Origin: Amoebophrya sp. A120 | Taxonomy: Eukaryota; Protista; Dinoflagellata | NCBI GenBank assembly: GCA_905178155.1 | Contig: CAJINV010000005.1 | Span: 1,156,392 to 1,220,391, forward strand | Direction of reading: 5' to 3' | Length of the DNA: 64,000 bases | Shown here: positions 1 through 10,621 of the stretch, one piece after another | Layout of the letters: each line of letters opens with the position of its first letter | Position numbering within the stretch: position 1 is the stretch's first letter | Translations under genes and position numbers: made by a program | The notes under the pieces: generated by a model | The model's database searches: none | What the model was told of the DNA's origin: nothing | Seen by the model: the letters and a program-made list of their open reading frames with translations, nothing else

Positions 1-1044
1 CACTGTTGCCCGCCGAGCATGCAAGAAGAGTTTTTTGCTGACTATTACGCTAAGCGGAACAACAAGAAAGAGGATACCACCGACGACGACGATGAACTCG
101 CAGCCATGGACACGGATCACGATGGGTTTCTGTCCGCAGACGAAATCCATGACGAGCAGTGCGACCTGCTGAAAGCCGACCACCAGTATGGCAACGATGA
201 TGGGAGAATTACTCTCCAGGAAATACACGACGCCTGTCACGACATCTGTGTCCCGGACTCGTCTATTTCGAAAACCGAGGATCCGCAGATCGTTCGGGCT
301 ATCTGCCACTGCTGCTCGCCGCACACAAAGGAAGCGTTTTTTCCGTACTTCGACGCCTGGCTGAGCACGACCACAACTTCTACAACCACCGCTGCGCCAG
401 TTGTGCTATCAGACGAAGACGAGCTTGCCGCCATGGACACGGATCACGATGGGTTTCTGTCCGCGGAAGAAATCCATGACGATCAGTGCGACCTCCTAAA
501 AGCCGATGGCGACGACGATGGGAGGATTACACTCAAGGAGATGTCTGAAGCCTGTCACAAAATTTGTGTGCCGGGCTCGGAGGCTTCGCAGATGGAACCC
601 GAGCTCGTGATCCTGCACATCTGCCACTGTTGCCCGCCGAGCATGCAAGAAGAGTTTTTTGCTGACTATTACGCTAAGCGGAACAACAAGAAAGAGGATA
701 CCACCGACGACGACGATGAACTCGCAGCCATGGACACGGATCACGATGGGTTTCTGTCCGCAGACGAAATCCATGACGAGCAGTGCGACCTGCTGAAAGC
801 CGACCACCAGTATGGCAACGATGATGGGAGAATTACTCTCCAGGAAATACACGACGCCTGTCACGACATCTGTGTCCCGGACTCGTCTATTTCGAAAACC
901 GAGGATCCGCAGATCGTTCGGGCTATCTGCCACTGCTGCTCGCCGCACACAAAGGAAGCGTTTTTTCCGTACTTCGACGCCTGGCTGAGCACGACCACAA
1001 CTTCTACAACCACCGCTGTGCCAGTCGTGCTATCAGACGAAGAC
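1..1044 (+). repeat. Intragenic tandem repeat, 624-bp period
   Basis: ATGCAAGAAGAGTTTTTTGCTGAC at 19 and 643; about 1-420 is near-identical to 625-1044; more diverged units follow to about 1700. Confidence 0.9.
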
Positions 1045-4000
1045 GAGCCTGCAGCACCATCAAGCTTTCTGAACAAACAGCACGGGGGCTTTCCGAAACA
1101 CACTGTCAGAGCGCCAGGTGTGCAATCAGACAACCACGAAGATCTTGTAGCCATTATGGACACGAACCATGATGGCTTTCTGTCCGCAGAAGAAATAAAT
1201 GACGACCAGTGCAACGTGCTAAAACTCGATCAACAGTCTGGCGACGGTGAGAGGAAAATTTCACTCAAGAAGTTGGATTACGCCTGTAGCGATTACTGTA
1301 CCCCGGGTGCGGCTGGTGTGGAGGATCTTGACGAGGACGTGCTCTTGGAAATCTGCCACTGCTGCCCGCCGGAAATGCAAGAAGCATTTTTCCCTTGGTA
1401 CTATGCGAACCGTGAGTACTTGAAGGCGCAGGAGGACCTCGATTTTGCGAAAATGGATGCTGACGATGACGGGCGGCTCATCGCAGACGAGATCCATGAC
1501 GGAATGTGCGACGCGGGAAAAGTCGACCACGAATGGGGCGACGGCGATGGGCAACTTACGGTGAAGGAAGTGCACACTATGTGCGATGCGGTGTGCGTGC
1601 CGGAATCCGCCCTCGAAACGCTTCCCGAGGAGGAACTGATGGCCCTGTGCCACTGCTGTCCGAAAGGTATGCAGGGGCGTTTTTTTGCGCACTATTACGG
1701 AAGAAAAAGCGGCGCTTTTGCGGGGAATCAGGCCGCAGAGGCCAGAATGGCGCTGGACTACTTGGTCTATCGCAACCCGGGAGATGTTGACCACGAAGAT
1801 CTGCAAGTCGCTTCGAGCACCACGACCTCGAACGACAGCGAAGGGGCTGCAGCCCCGTCGGCCTACCAATTTTGCAGCGTAGTGCACATGAACGAGGCGC
1901 CGGTGCGGGTTTGTGGCCGTTTCGACAAGGATGCAAACGCAATCTCCGTGACTATCGCGCGCTGTGTATCCTGTGCAAAAACGTCGTCCCCACACCATAG
2001 TCAAGTTGGGAAATCTGCTAGAGAAAGCAGCCAGCTTTGTTGTTGCGCATGACAAGTTTGGCCTCGATTATAGCTAGCTCAGCAGCGTCACAGGTCTAGC
2101 GCATCGCTCTAATTGGAGCGTCACAAATTCCGAAAAACGAGTACGAAAATTCCTAGCATCATGGGGCTCCGCATGAGAAATATTCTCAGCATGCAGATCC
2201 ATCTGCATATACAACTATGGGGTGGGGACGTTTTTACATAGCATACTACGTGGAGAAGGTAGTCGCGTGGGACCTGACCGACTGCCCGCAGCAGAAAGCC
2301 ACCTGGCAGAACCTGTTTCGGCAGACGTCTGAGAAAACCTACGACAGTTTTTATGGACTGCAAAAATGTCTGGGTCTGGAAGATTCTGACACTTGTCATG
2401 CACGTTTTGCATGAGCCATGATGTCTGTGATGCATCCCCTAGCAATACAGTTTTTTTGAGGGCTTCTTGATGCGTATTCCGCATGACAAATGCCTTCTCA
2501 GCGTAGCAAAAATTGCCTTCCTTTTGGTACTCATGCAATACAATTTTTTTTGGAATCCAAATGCAGCACCATCACAAGTTGCATTCTTCCAGACCCAGAC
2601 ATTTTTACATTTGATAGTTTTTACGATCACGCGTTCGAGCCGCAGTGCAACCTGGTGTCCACGTATGCAAGAAAGGAACTGTGTAAGTGTAACTCCGTAA
2701 AAATGCAGAACATGCAACAGTAGAGTTACACCTGTCATGCCACACGACAAGCATGAAGTCCTCGTTTCATGTGTGTTTTATCCCCTCATAAGGCACCCAT
2801 GACAGGTTATTTTCTCTGTCATGTAGAACAAATTTGTGATGCTGTCAGGGAAAGAAAGTTACACTAACACAGTTTTTTTATTGGATACCACGGACCGATC
2901 CGCCCTGCTGGAGAACGGCAGGCCCGACGTGTATCCTGAGTAAAAATGTCCCCACCCCAGAGTTGTCATGCAGATTTGCGATGACAGGAAGACTTGTAAT
3001 GCGCATCTCCATGAGAGGCAATACCAGTCGTGTTTTGGAATTTGTGATGCTGTGAACAGGATGAGGAGGTGGATTTGTTATGCGGCTTCCCTTGCTAAAC
3101 TGCACTACAATACAGCCTGCAACTTGTCATGCGTGACTCACAAAACTCCTAGGTTTGTGGTGCTAAGTCCCCAACTTGACTCTAGTGTGGGGACGTTTTT
3201 ACTCAGGATAACGTGCAGAAGAGCTTCAACCTGGTCCTGGTGCCGTTCGGCTGGAAGAGCCGCGCGCTGTGGAAGCAGCACACGGAGAGGCTGGTCGAGC
3301 AGCTGGAGCACGACTACCCGCCGCTGAACGCGCGCGAGATGGGCGGCCGGTTGAATTGGCACCGGATCGACGCCTGGCCGAGGTTTGTGGGTTCGGGGGT
3401 CTCCGACTACGAATGCAACGACGTCTATCCAGGAAAAAACACCCATCCCCATCCAATTTGTCATGCAAAACATGCATAAAATACACTATTTGTCATGCAA
3501 AAAATGGATGGGGATGGGTGTTTTTTCCTGGATAACGTCACGGGATGGGACTTCGTCAACTGCTTCTTCGACGCGGACCGCGACTGGTACCGGATCGCAC
3601 GCTTCGCGAACGACCAGTGCAATCGCGAGTACCAGGCCCAGGGTGGATTGGCGCACATGACGGTGCTCGTCCAGGCACGCATGGATCACCGTTCCGAGAG
3701 CGACAACGCGTACGGATTCGCCATGATGTCCTGGAACACCCTATCCTAAGGAAAAACGTCCCCGCCCCAGAGTCAAGATGGGGACTTTGCAACACAAACC
3801 TCGAAGTTTTGGGAGTCATGCATTACAAATTGCAGGCTCTAGTGTAGTAGTTCAGTTTAGCAAGGGAAGTCGCATTACAAATCCATCTGCTTAATATCCT
3901 GTTTACAGCATTACAAGTTCCAAAACATGATCGGAAATCCCTATCATGTGGATGCGCATTACAAATGCTTTTGTGCTTGCAGATCTGCATGGCAACTCTG

Positions 4001-5268
4001 GGGCGGGGATGTTTTCACACAGGATACACCCTGCTGACCCCGGCGGTTCCGGGGTGGAGCTACAAGACCGCGGCCTTATCAAATGTGAAAATGTCTGGGT
4101 CTGGAACGATGTAACTTGTGATGCGCATTTCAGAACACACAAAAATCTCTGATGCATAGGCAGCAAAAGCTGCTCACTTTCTGTCACCAAAGTGGGGGAC
4201 TTGCCATGCGGATTCGGCATTGCGGACGCTTCTCGAAACCTGTGATGCAGCTTCCACGCCAGACCTTCTGTGTCATGCAGAAACAGCATGACTCTTCCAG
4301 ACCCAGACATTTTTACATTTGATAGGCCTCCACGGTCGCCCACGAGCTGGGCCACGCCCTATTCGGCCTGGAAGACGAGTACCATTGGACGACAACCAGC
4401 ACTTTCTTCCCGAATTGCGGCAACGAAAAGTCGCAGTGCAACCGCTGGCTCGACCTGATCGACGCGGGGCTTTCCGGCTGCTACAAAGGCAGCTGCCAGG
4501 AGGAGCAAGGCTACATCGACGGGCCGGAGGTGGACAGCGTCATGGCCTGGTACGGCCGCCAAATGTCGCACAGCCAGAAGCGGATCTCCTGTTGCAAGTA
4601 CTTCAAAGTGCACAAGTTCACGCCTGCCTACTGCGACGTGTACAACCGGACGTATCGCAACAGGACCCTGCAGCGCCCCGTGAACGTCACGGTTCAGCAG
4701 GACGGCTGGGTGGTGGACGAAAGTAAGCACAATCTGGCCGGCTACTACAAGGGCCCGGTGCCCTTGCCGCTGCAGCAGAAGCTGATGGAAACCAGACTGG
4801 CGCCGAGGGTGGTATGGCGTTCTCAAATGTTACATTCTCAACTGTTACATGATTTGTCATGCAAAATTTAAATTGCAAGCAGAATCGATGTGATTAAGCT
4901 GCTGCGCTGCATGATAAATTCTAGAGGAGCCAAACAGGCTGAGAATCTCTCTGTGCCAAATCTGTGATGCGAGACGTGCAAGGTCATCCCTTTTACTTTT
5001 GTCATTCGCGCATCACAGATTCATGTAACAATTGAGAATGTAACAGTTGAGAGCGCCATACATGGACTGGGCCACGGTTTCCGCCGACGGCGTGGTTCAG
5101 CTGGACATCACCTTGAATCCCAAGTCCGAGTTTTATCCGGGCCAGGATGTGGTGCTCGACCTGGCCGGCTTCTGCGACGACCCGGGGCACTGGCGCAACC
5201 AGGAGCTGGACGTGAAAGCCAGTCATCCGCTCTTGGGAAAAGTCGAGTACCCGGACGTGAAAAACTAA
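1..5268 (+). CDS. Zinc metallopeptidase (M64/IgA-peptidase-like) with N-terminal EF-hand/Cys-rich repeats; 5' end outside window; interrupted by 8 TIR introners
   Basis: ORF 19-2052 has repeated MDTDHDGFLSADEI EF-hand-like loops and ICHCC motifs. Removing the 8 elements plus one TSD each gives one frame containing FNLVLVPFGW, TVAHELGHALFGLEDEY (HELGH 4341-4355), and a stop at 5266-5268. Confidence 0.75.
1967..2245. mobile_element. Introner, TIR group B (279 bp)
   Basis: TATCCTGTGCAAAAACGTC...GACGTTTTTACATAGCATA; flanks CTGTG/CTACG (3/5); removal of 284 nt restores frame. Confidence 0.8.
2352..2616. mobile_element. Introner, TIR group A (265 bp)
   Basis: TATGGACTGCAAAAATGTCTGGGTCTGGAAG...CTTCCAGACCCAGACATTTTTACATTTGATA; TSD GTTTT/GTTTT. 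Confidence 0.92.
2664..2887. mobile_element. Introner, TIR group G (224 bp)
   Basis: TATGCAAGAAAGGAACTGTGTAAGTGTAACT...AGTTACACTAACACAGTTTTTTTATTGGATA; TSD CCACG/CCACG. Confidence 0.9.
2932..3210. mobile_element. Introner, TIR group B (279 bp)
   Basis: TATCCTGAGTAAAAATGTCCCCAC...GTGGGGACGTTTTTACTCAGGATA; TSD ACGTG/ACGTG; reverse-complement homolog of 3742-4026. Confidence 0.93.
3426..3534. mobile_element. Introner, TIR group C (109 bp, smallest)
   Basis: Perfect 30-bp TIR TATCCAGGAAAAAACACCCATCCCCATCCA; TSD ACGTC/ACGTC. Confidence 0.95.
3742..4026. mobile_element. Introner, TIR group B (285 bp)
   Basis: TATCCTAAGGAAAAACGTCCCCGCCCCAGAG...CTCTGGGGCGGGGATGTTTTCACACAGGATA; TSD CACCC/CACCC. Confidence 0.92.
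4077..4324. mobile_element. Introner, TIR group A (248 bp)
   Basis: TATCAAATGTGAAAATGTCTGGGTCTGGAA...TTCCAGACCCAGACATTTTTACATTTGATA; TSD GGCCT/GGCCT; interior homologous to 10977-11230. Confidence 0.93.
4813..5060. mobile_element. Introner, TIR group D (248 bp)
   Basis: About 40-bp TIR TATGGCGTTCTCAAATGTTACATTCTCAACTGTTACATGA; flanks GGTGG/CATGG (3/5); frame restored (PRVDWATV). Confidence 0.87.
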
Positions 5269-6903
5269 AACTCGGTTGATGCAGCAGTCTCACCGGTGAT
5301 TTCTAGTGCTTAAGTCGAAGAACAATTGCAGTAGCTTGAATTATAGCAACCAATACAATTTGAATTTCAATACCATGATTATGCTCTCTCTCGAGTTTTC
5401 AAAAAAGCGAAACGAAAGTAAGTATCATCACGACAATTTATCGTTGCGCATCAACAAAATGAATGTACTAGAGATTCCAATAGAAGGAGATGACTCTCTA
5501 AGCTTTCCTGTTTATTAAATTTGTCTTTATGTTCGAGCATATGGATTTTGTGCCACTGACTTTCATCAATTTAACGTTTCACTCCGATCGTTTCAGATTT
5601 TTCTCGGGCTGAGACTCATTCTGCAAGCCGAGAGAACGTAATTCAGACTTGATTCACTAGCAAAGTGTATCCAAACATCAAAATGATAATTGCATACTGT
5701 AAAGATATGGAATTTAAAATTGTAACAACCTTGTGCTGTGGATATGGTGGGCCGTCATCAAAAATCTCTTATGTTTACTAGCACGATGAGCACGACCACA
5801 CAGAGGACAGGAAGTAGCATCAAACTAAATGTATCCCACAACTATGGTGCATCTGAATTTCAACTTTCCTGCAGTTAGGCATGACAAATTGATATCTACT
5901 TACTGCAAATTAATAAGAATTGGAACGAAGCTCCGAAATAAAGAACAGGCAAGGCTATTAATGCCGGGACGGGACAGACAACTGCTAGCTTAATGTACAA
6001 TGCAGAAGTGAAAAAATCATAATAGGTAGCCCTCTTCGCTTCTGGAGGTCGTCAATAGCGACCCGCAAGACACGGACCCCTGGAGAGTGCTTGCTAGAGG
6101 GCTCGCCAAATAAACCGCTTGCTAAAGTAGTTTTATCCACGCGCTTTCTCGTTCAAAAAAACAGCGCGGTTTTTTCGTATCGCGTGAAAGTAGACGAAGA
6201 AAGGTCGGTCTCGTACTTCATCTGTACCGTTTCGGTATATACGAATCAATAAACTTCGGTCTCGTGGTGCGTCCCCTTCCCTGGTTGTCGTCAGAGGCGG
6301 AGCTGCCCTGTTCTTGTGGTAGTCGAAACTTGATTATGCATATCTTGGTTGTGCAGCTTTAGCTTAAGGTCGGTAATATCAGTTCGAAGTTTTTCGTCCA
6401 CTCCTTCGTGTTTGCATACGTTCCGCTTAGTTGACGTTCGTTCACTCGTTCTTTTTTTCGTGGATGTTTCTTCCGTTCATGCTAACAAATGTGCGAACAG
6501 ATTTTTTTCCACACGATTTCAGGCAGAACTATCTTGAGACGACGTTTTTTCCCCTTAATTCATCTGCCACCACCCAATTTTTTTTCTGTTTCGTTTTTCG
6601 CAAAAATCGGGATAGAATTAAAGAAGACGGTTTTTTCTCTCAAAAAGCTCATTTACGGTCTCTTGGACTACGAGGCATATCCTGCCTCGTAGTTTTTTTT
6701 TGAAAAAGAATATCAAAAAATACAAATTGCAAGAAAGGCCCGCACTAAATTGCAAAGCCCGAAGATCATCTCAAAAGAGCAGTAGCAGCTTTCCGGCATA
6801 TCCTGTTCGCTTAAAATTCCCCCAGACAAGTCAAAGTTTAAACAGTCAAAGTTTAAACCATCACACCTCCACTCCTCTTCGTGCGCAAGAAAGACACACG
6901 AAA

Positions 6904-9163
6904 ATGGCTTCCTTCAAGTCTATACCGGTGATTACGCCCTACACCTACAGTTCGAACATGGGTCCGGGCAGCGAGCACGGGGGTCCCTTTTACCCGCTCG
7001 GGCAGCAGTACCACCAGCCTGACATGCTGGCCGACCAGCTGAAGAAGGAGCGAAATCCCCCGCGAGCGGTGATCACGGGCGTGAACACGGACTTCAAGCT
7101 GGACTCCTCTCGCCGGCTGCGGTGGAACGACCCAAAGTCCGGGGTCGTCGACCAGTGTACCATGTACACCTACGGGCAGCCGGACTCTCACCGCTCCTGC
7201 CTATGCATTGCAAATATCGATCTGGGTCTGGAAGGTCGTTGCAAATTGTCATGCTAGTACGGTTGGATCGTGCAAAATAAAAATTTCAATTTGTGTTGCA
7301 TGGCTACCAAAAGTAGTTCGTTGTCCACTTTTATTAAACAAGTTTAGAGGCAGCTTATTCATCTCATGCAGGGGAGGCATGATAGAGATCTCACAGAATC
7401 TTCTGTCATGCTCATGGGCCATGAAATAAAACCAGCATGACCACAAGTCTCGCTATTCTCCAGAAGATCCAGACATATATTTGCAGTTGATACTGCGTCA
7501 CCAGCTACAACAAGGACGGCCTCACGATGAACTCCTTGTCCCACTACAACAAGGTCGGCGCCAAACACCTGCAAGCCCAGTCGCGGTCCAGTCTATCAAA
7601 AGTAAAAATGTCTGGGTCCTCTGGGAACTTGTGATGCTGGGTAGCGTCTCATGATGAGGCTACAAATGCTGGCTCAGCATGACAAGTTTCTGAGCTCCTC
7701 GGTGTTGCCTATTCTGCATGACAAACTGCGTAGTTTCTGCATCACGGAAAAGCGGAGCTGCTCTTGGGTAACGTGCATGACAGATCATTTAAGAGTCATG
7801 CCAGACAAGCATGACAAACATGAACAATTCTTCCAGACCCACACATTTTTACTTTTGATACCGTCCCATCCACTCCTACTTCAGCGAACCGAGAAGAAAG
7901 GTGCCGGACATCGGAACCAAGGTGTGGGATAACTTCGGCATCGACGGCCACATGAAGGCAACGTCAGAGGAGATCGGCAACTGGTCGCCGTTGTGGTACT
8001 TGATAGTGTGAATGAAATTCTCAACTTCTTATTTCGGCGTGCTTTAAATTTGATATTGTTTCCTCTGCGCTTGCTTTCTCTTCCAAACGAAAAACGTTGT
8101 TGATCCGCAACTTGATAGTTGCCCTCGGTATTAGTGCACTTGAAGAAGTTGTCGCAAAATCGTTTATTGAGACGGCGATCCTCGGCCTCGGGCTAAAGCT
8201 AATCCTGAAGAAGTTCTTACAGGGTTCTCATGCGAGAATCTGTTGAAAAAAAATAACCACCAGGTACCGCGCCGTGAACGACATGAACGTGTATGCCAAC
8301 CTGCGACCGGACACCATGAAAGCCCTCGGTCTCGAATACGAGGAGCCGGGCGTCAGATACGGCATGATCAACGGGGAGTTTCTTCCCAAGGTCGAAAAAG
8401 TGAACGATTCCGCGCGAAGTTCGGCGTGGAGCGAGAACCACAAGTACGTGGGGTATCCCAAAGAACCCTCCATGCAGGCCCGGGCCTACTACGGCAACGA
8501 CGCGCGGACCAGCTTCGCCTTGGCCGACGTCCAGAAGTACATGTCACCGCTATGCCACTGCAAACCAATTTGTCAGTCGTGTTTGGGTCGGGATTATTTC
8601 TGGTCATGCGAGTTTATGTAAAAGTACTACAGAAACTTCAACAGGATCTTTATCTTTTGTGATGGTACGAACATAGATAGGACAAGGAGCATTTTTGAGG
8701 GTTATTTCTTCTTGTTTTCTCATGCTGGGCGTTGTACCAATTGCAATAATTTTCCAGACGACATAAAGATACCCCTGAAGTTGTAGTTGTCAAAACAATC
8801 GCAAACTTGTCATGCGGTCGTGGACCACAGAAAGCCTTTGAATATTTCCACTCTGAATAGCTTGTGCACAGCAACACAACTAGAACTACGCTGCATCCTT
8901 TACCCAGACCCAGCAGACAACATGTTTGCAGTGAATAACCGGTCTCCATCGCGAACTCGGACCCCACGTCTCTCCTGCGCGCACAGAAGAACCGGGTTCG
9001 GGAGGAGGTTTTGGCGCAGGTGCGCCGGGCACCGCAGTACGGGAGCCACCGGGGGAGCGGGGGCGGGAGGGCACTGTCCAGCGGAAGGACCGCGTCGACA
9101 ACGCACTCCACACCGAGGGCCGGCGACTTCATGCGGAAGTCCGCCTCCACACCGAGAATGTGA
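6904..9163 (+). CDS. Hypothetical protein; 3 introners plus one GT-AG intron (7996-8263)
   Basis: ATG at 6904 (MASFKSIP). Joining across 7202-7492, 7594-7860, 7996-8263 and 8551-8937 gives a continuous frame ending TGA 9161-9163. No family recognised. Confidence 0.7.
7202..7492. mobile_element. Introner, TIR group A, degenerate (291 bp)
   Basis: TATGCATTGCAAATATCGATCTGGGTCTGGAAG...CCAGACATATATTTGCAGTTGATA; TSD CTGCC/CTGCG. Confidence 0.83.
7594..7860. mobile_element. Introner, TIR group A (267 bp)
   Basis: TATCAAAAGTAAAAATGTCTGGGTC...GACCCACACATTTTTACTTTTGATA; TSD CAGTC/CCGTC; interior highly similar to 39574-39831. Confidence 0.9.
8551..8937. mobile_element. Introner, decayed group A-like (387 bp)
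   Basis: TATGCCACTGCAAAC...TGGGTCGGG and CCCAGACCCAG...GTTTGCAGTGAATA; TSD ACCGC/ACCGG; frame restored. Confidence 0.75.
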
Positions 9164-10621
9164 AGATGTTGATTTATGTATTATTTTCAACACAAAAGTC
9201 TAAGTCTTCACAGGCATACTTCGTTCTGACTCAGTGGTGGAAAACCGCGAAACTCAAACTCTGTTAAGTACCCCTCCTGGAAGATGAAATAAACAAGAAG
9301 TCGGAAAGAACTGATGAACCTACCACTCTACTCCCGTTCTGCAACTTTTCCCCAAAGCAAAGTTTATCGACAAAAAAGCTTTTTTTTTCTTTTTAGCAAT
9401 TTGAAACTACTTCCTTGAGACAAAATAAAGGACAACCGATATTGTGGTTATTCTGTAGAAATAAATCATTCACGTTATTTGACAAGTTCTGTCTCTACTA
9501 CTTTCGGCCTGCTTTCGCACTTGAATTTCATAACCTTGTACTTTTTATTTTTGGCTAGAGGCTCGTGTCATGATCATTTTCGGGAAGAGATGTTGACTTC
9601 TGGAAGTAAACGAACTCGCGCCAGAACTACGCCCTCCTGGAAAAAGGAAAAGGTGTAGAGACCTCCAGAATCAATGCATGTCATGGAACTTTTTAGACAC
9701 AAACGTCATGTACATCATTTCAGTTGGATCAAGTAGAGGATGATTGTGACAGAACTCCTTACATGGTAGGGAGAATGATCGACACTGTAGCCTCGCTACA
9801 GTTGTGTCGTCAACATGTATTTTACATAAATCGCAAAGGTTCAAGTTCTCGCTCTTCTTCCAAGAATCAAGATCATGAAGGATCTCATGAAGTCCCCAGA
9901 TCTCAACCTCAAGGTCAAAAATCTTTACACAGAAGAATCTTCTGCTGTATTCCTGGACTGTCGGCACACGAACGATCCAGCGATCGCCGCGAGCTGAACC
10001 CTGTGGTCCTCGCCAAAGTTGATCTATTTACGGACGAGCTCACGAACACATCGATGCTTTTGCTGGTGGGGGTTTCCAGAAAAGTCCCGCTTTCCTGATC
10101 TGCTCGTCATGTTGATCACTTCTTGGCCAACATGTGCTAAATGCAGAAATAATCAATTAATATTCAGAATAAACTAAACCACTCCAGCACAGCTACACAA
10201 ATTATCACCCTACTTAGAGGCTGAAATAGTCTTCTTGTTTGCAGACATAAGCTTCACTGTAGTACTATACCAAAGTAGGTGTAGGATTTTGATTTTGTTC
10301 CATTTGTTTTGTGAAAAACCAAAAAGCTTCTTCACTAGGAGAGTAGACTCCACTCTTCAAGTCGTACCACATAAATACCAAAAACCACCAACAATAATCT
10401 CTTGAGAAAAAAATTGAGTTGCCACCCGACTCTCTCCATCAATCCGCTGTAAGATTTGGGAATCAATCGTAATTTTTCCTACACCGCTGTAAGATTTACC
10501 TTCTACTTTTGCAATAGTAGACGAAAAAGGAATAAAACCAGAATACGTATTGATCATTGTGTTTACCTGAAATAACTTGTTGCGAGCCGTTTTCTTCTAT
10601 TTACAAAAAGAAAAAAAAGAC

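Noticed and set aside
1967-5060. Closely spaced repeats with short unique spacers resembling a CRISPR array
   Set aside because: The repeats are inverted pairs from different families, the spacers are in-frame exons, there are no cas genes, and the context is eukaryotic.
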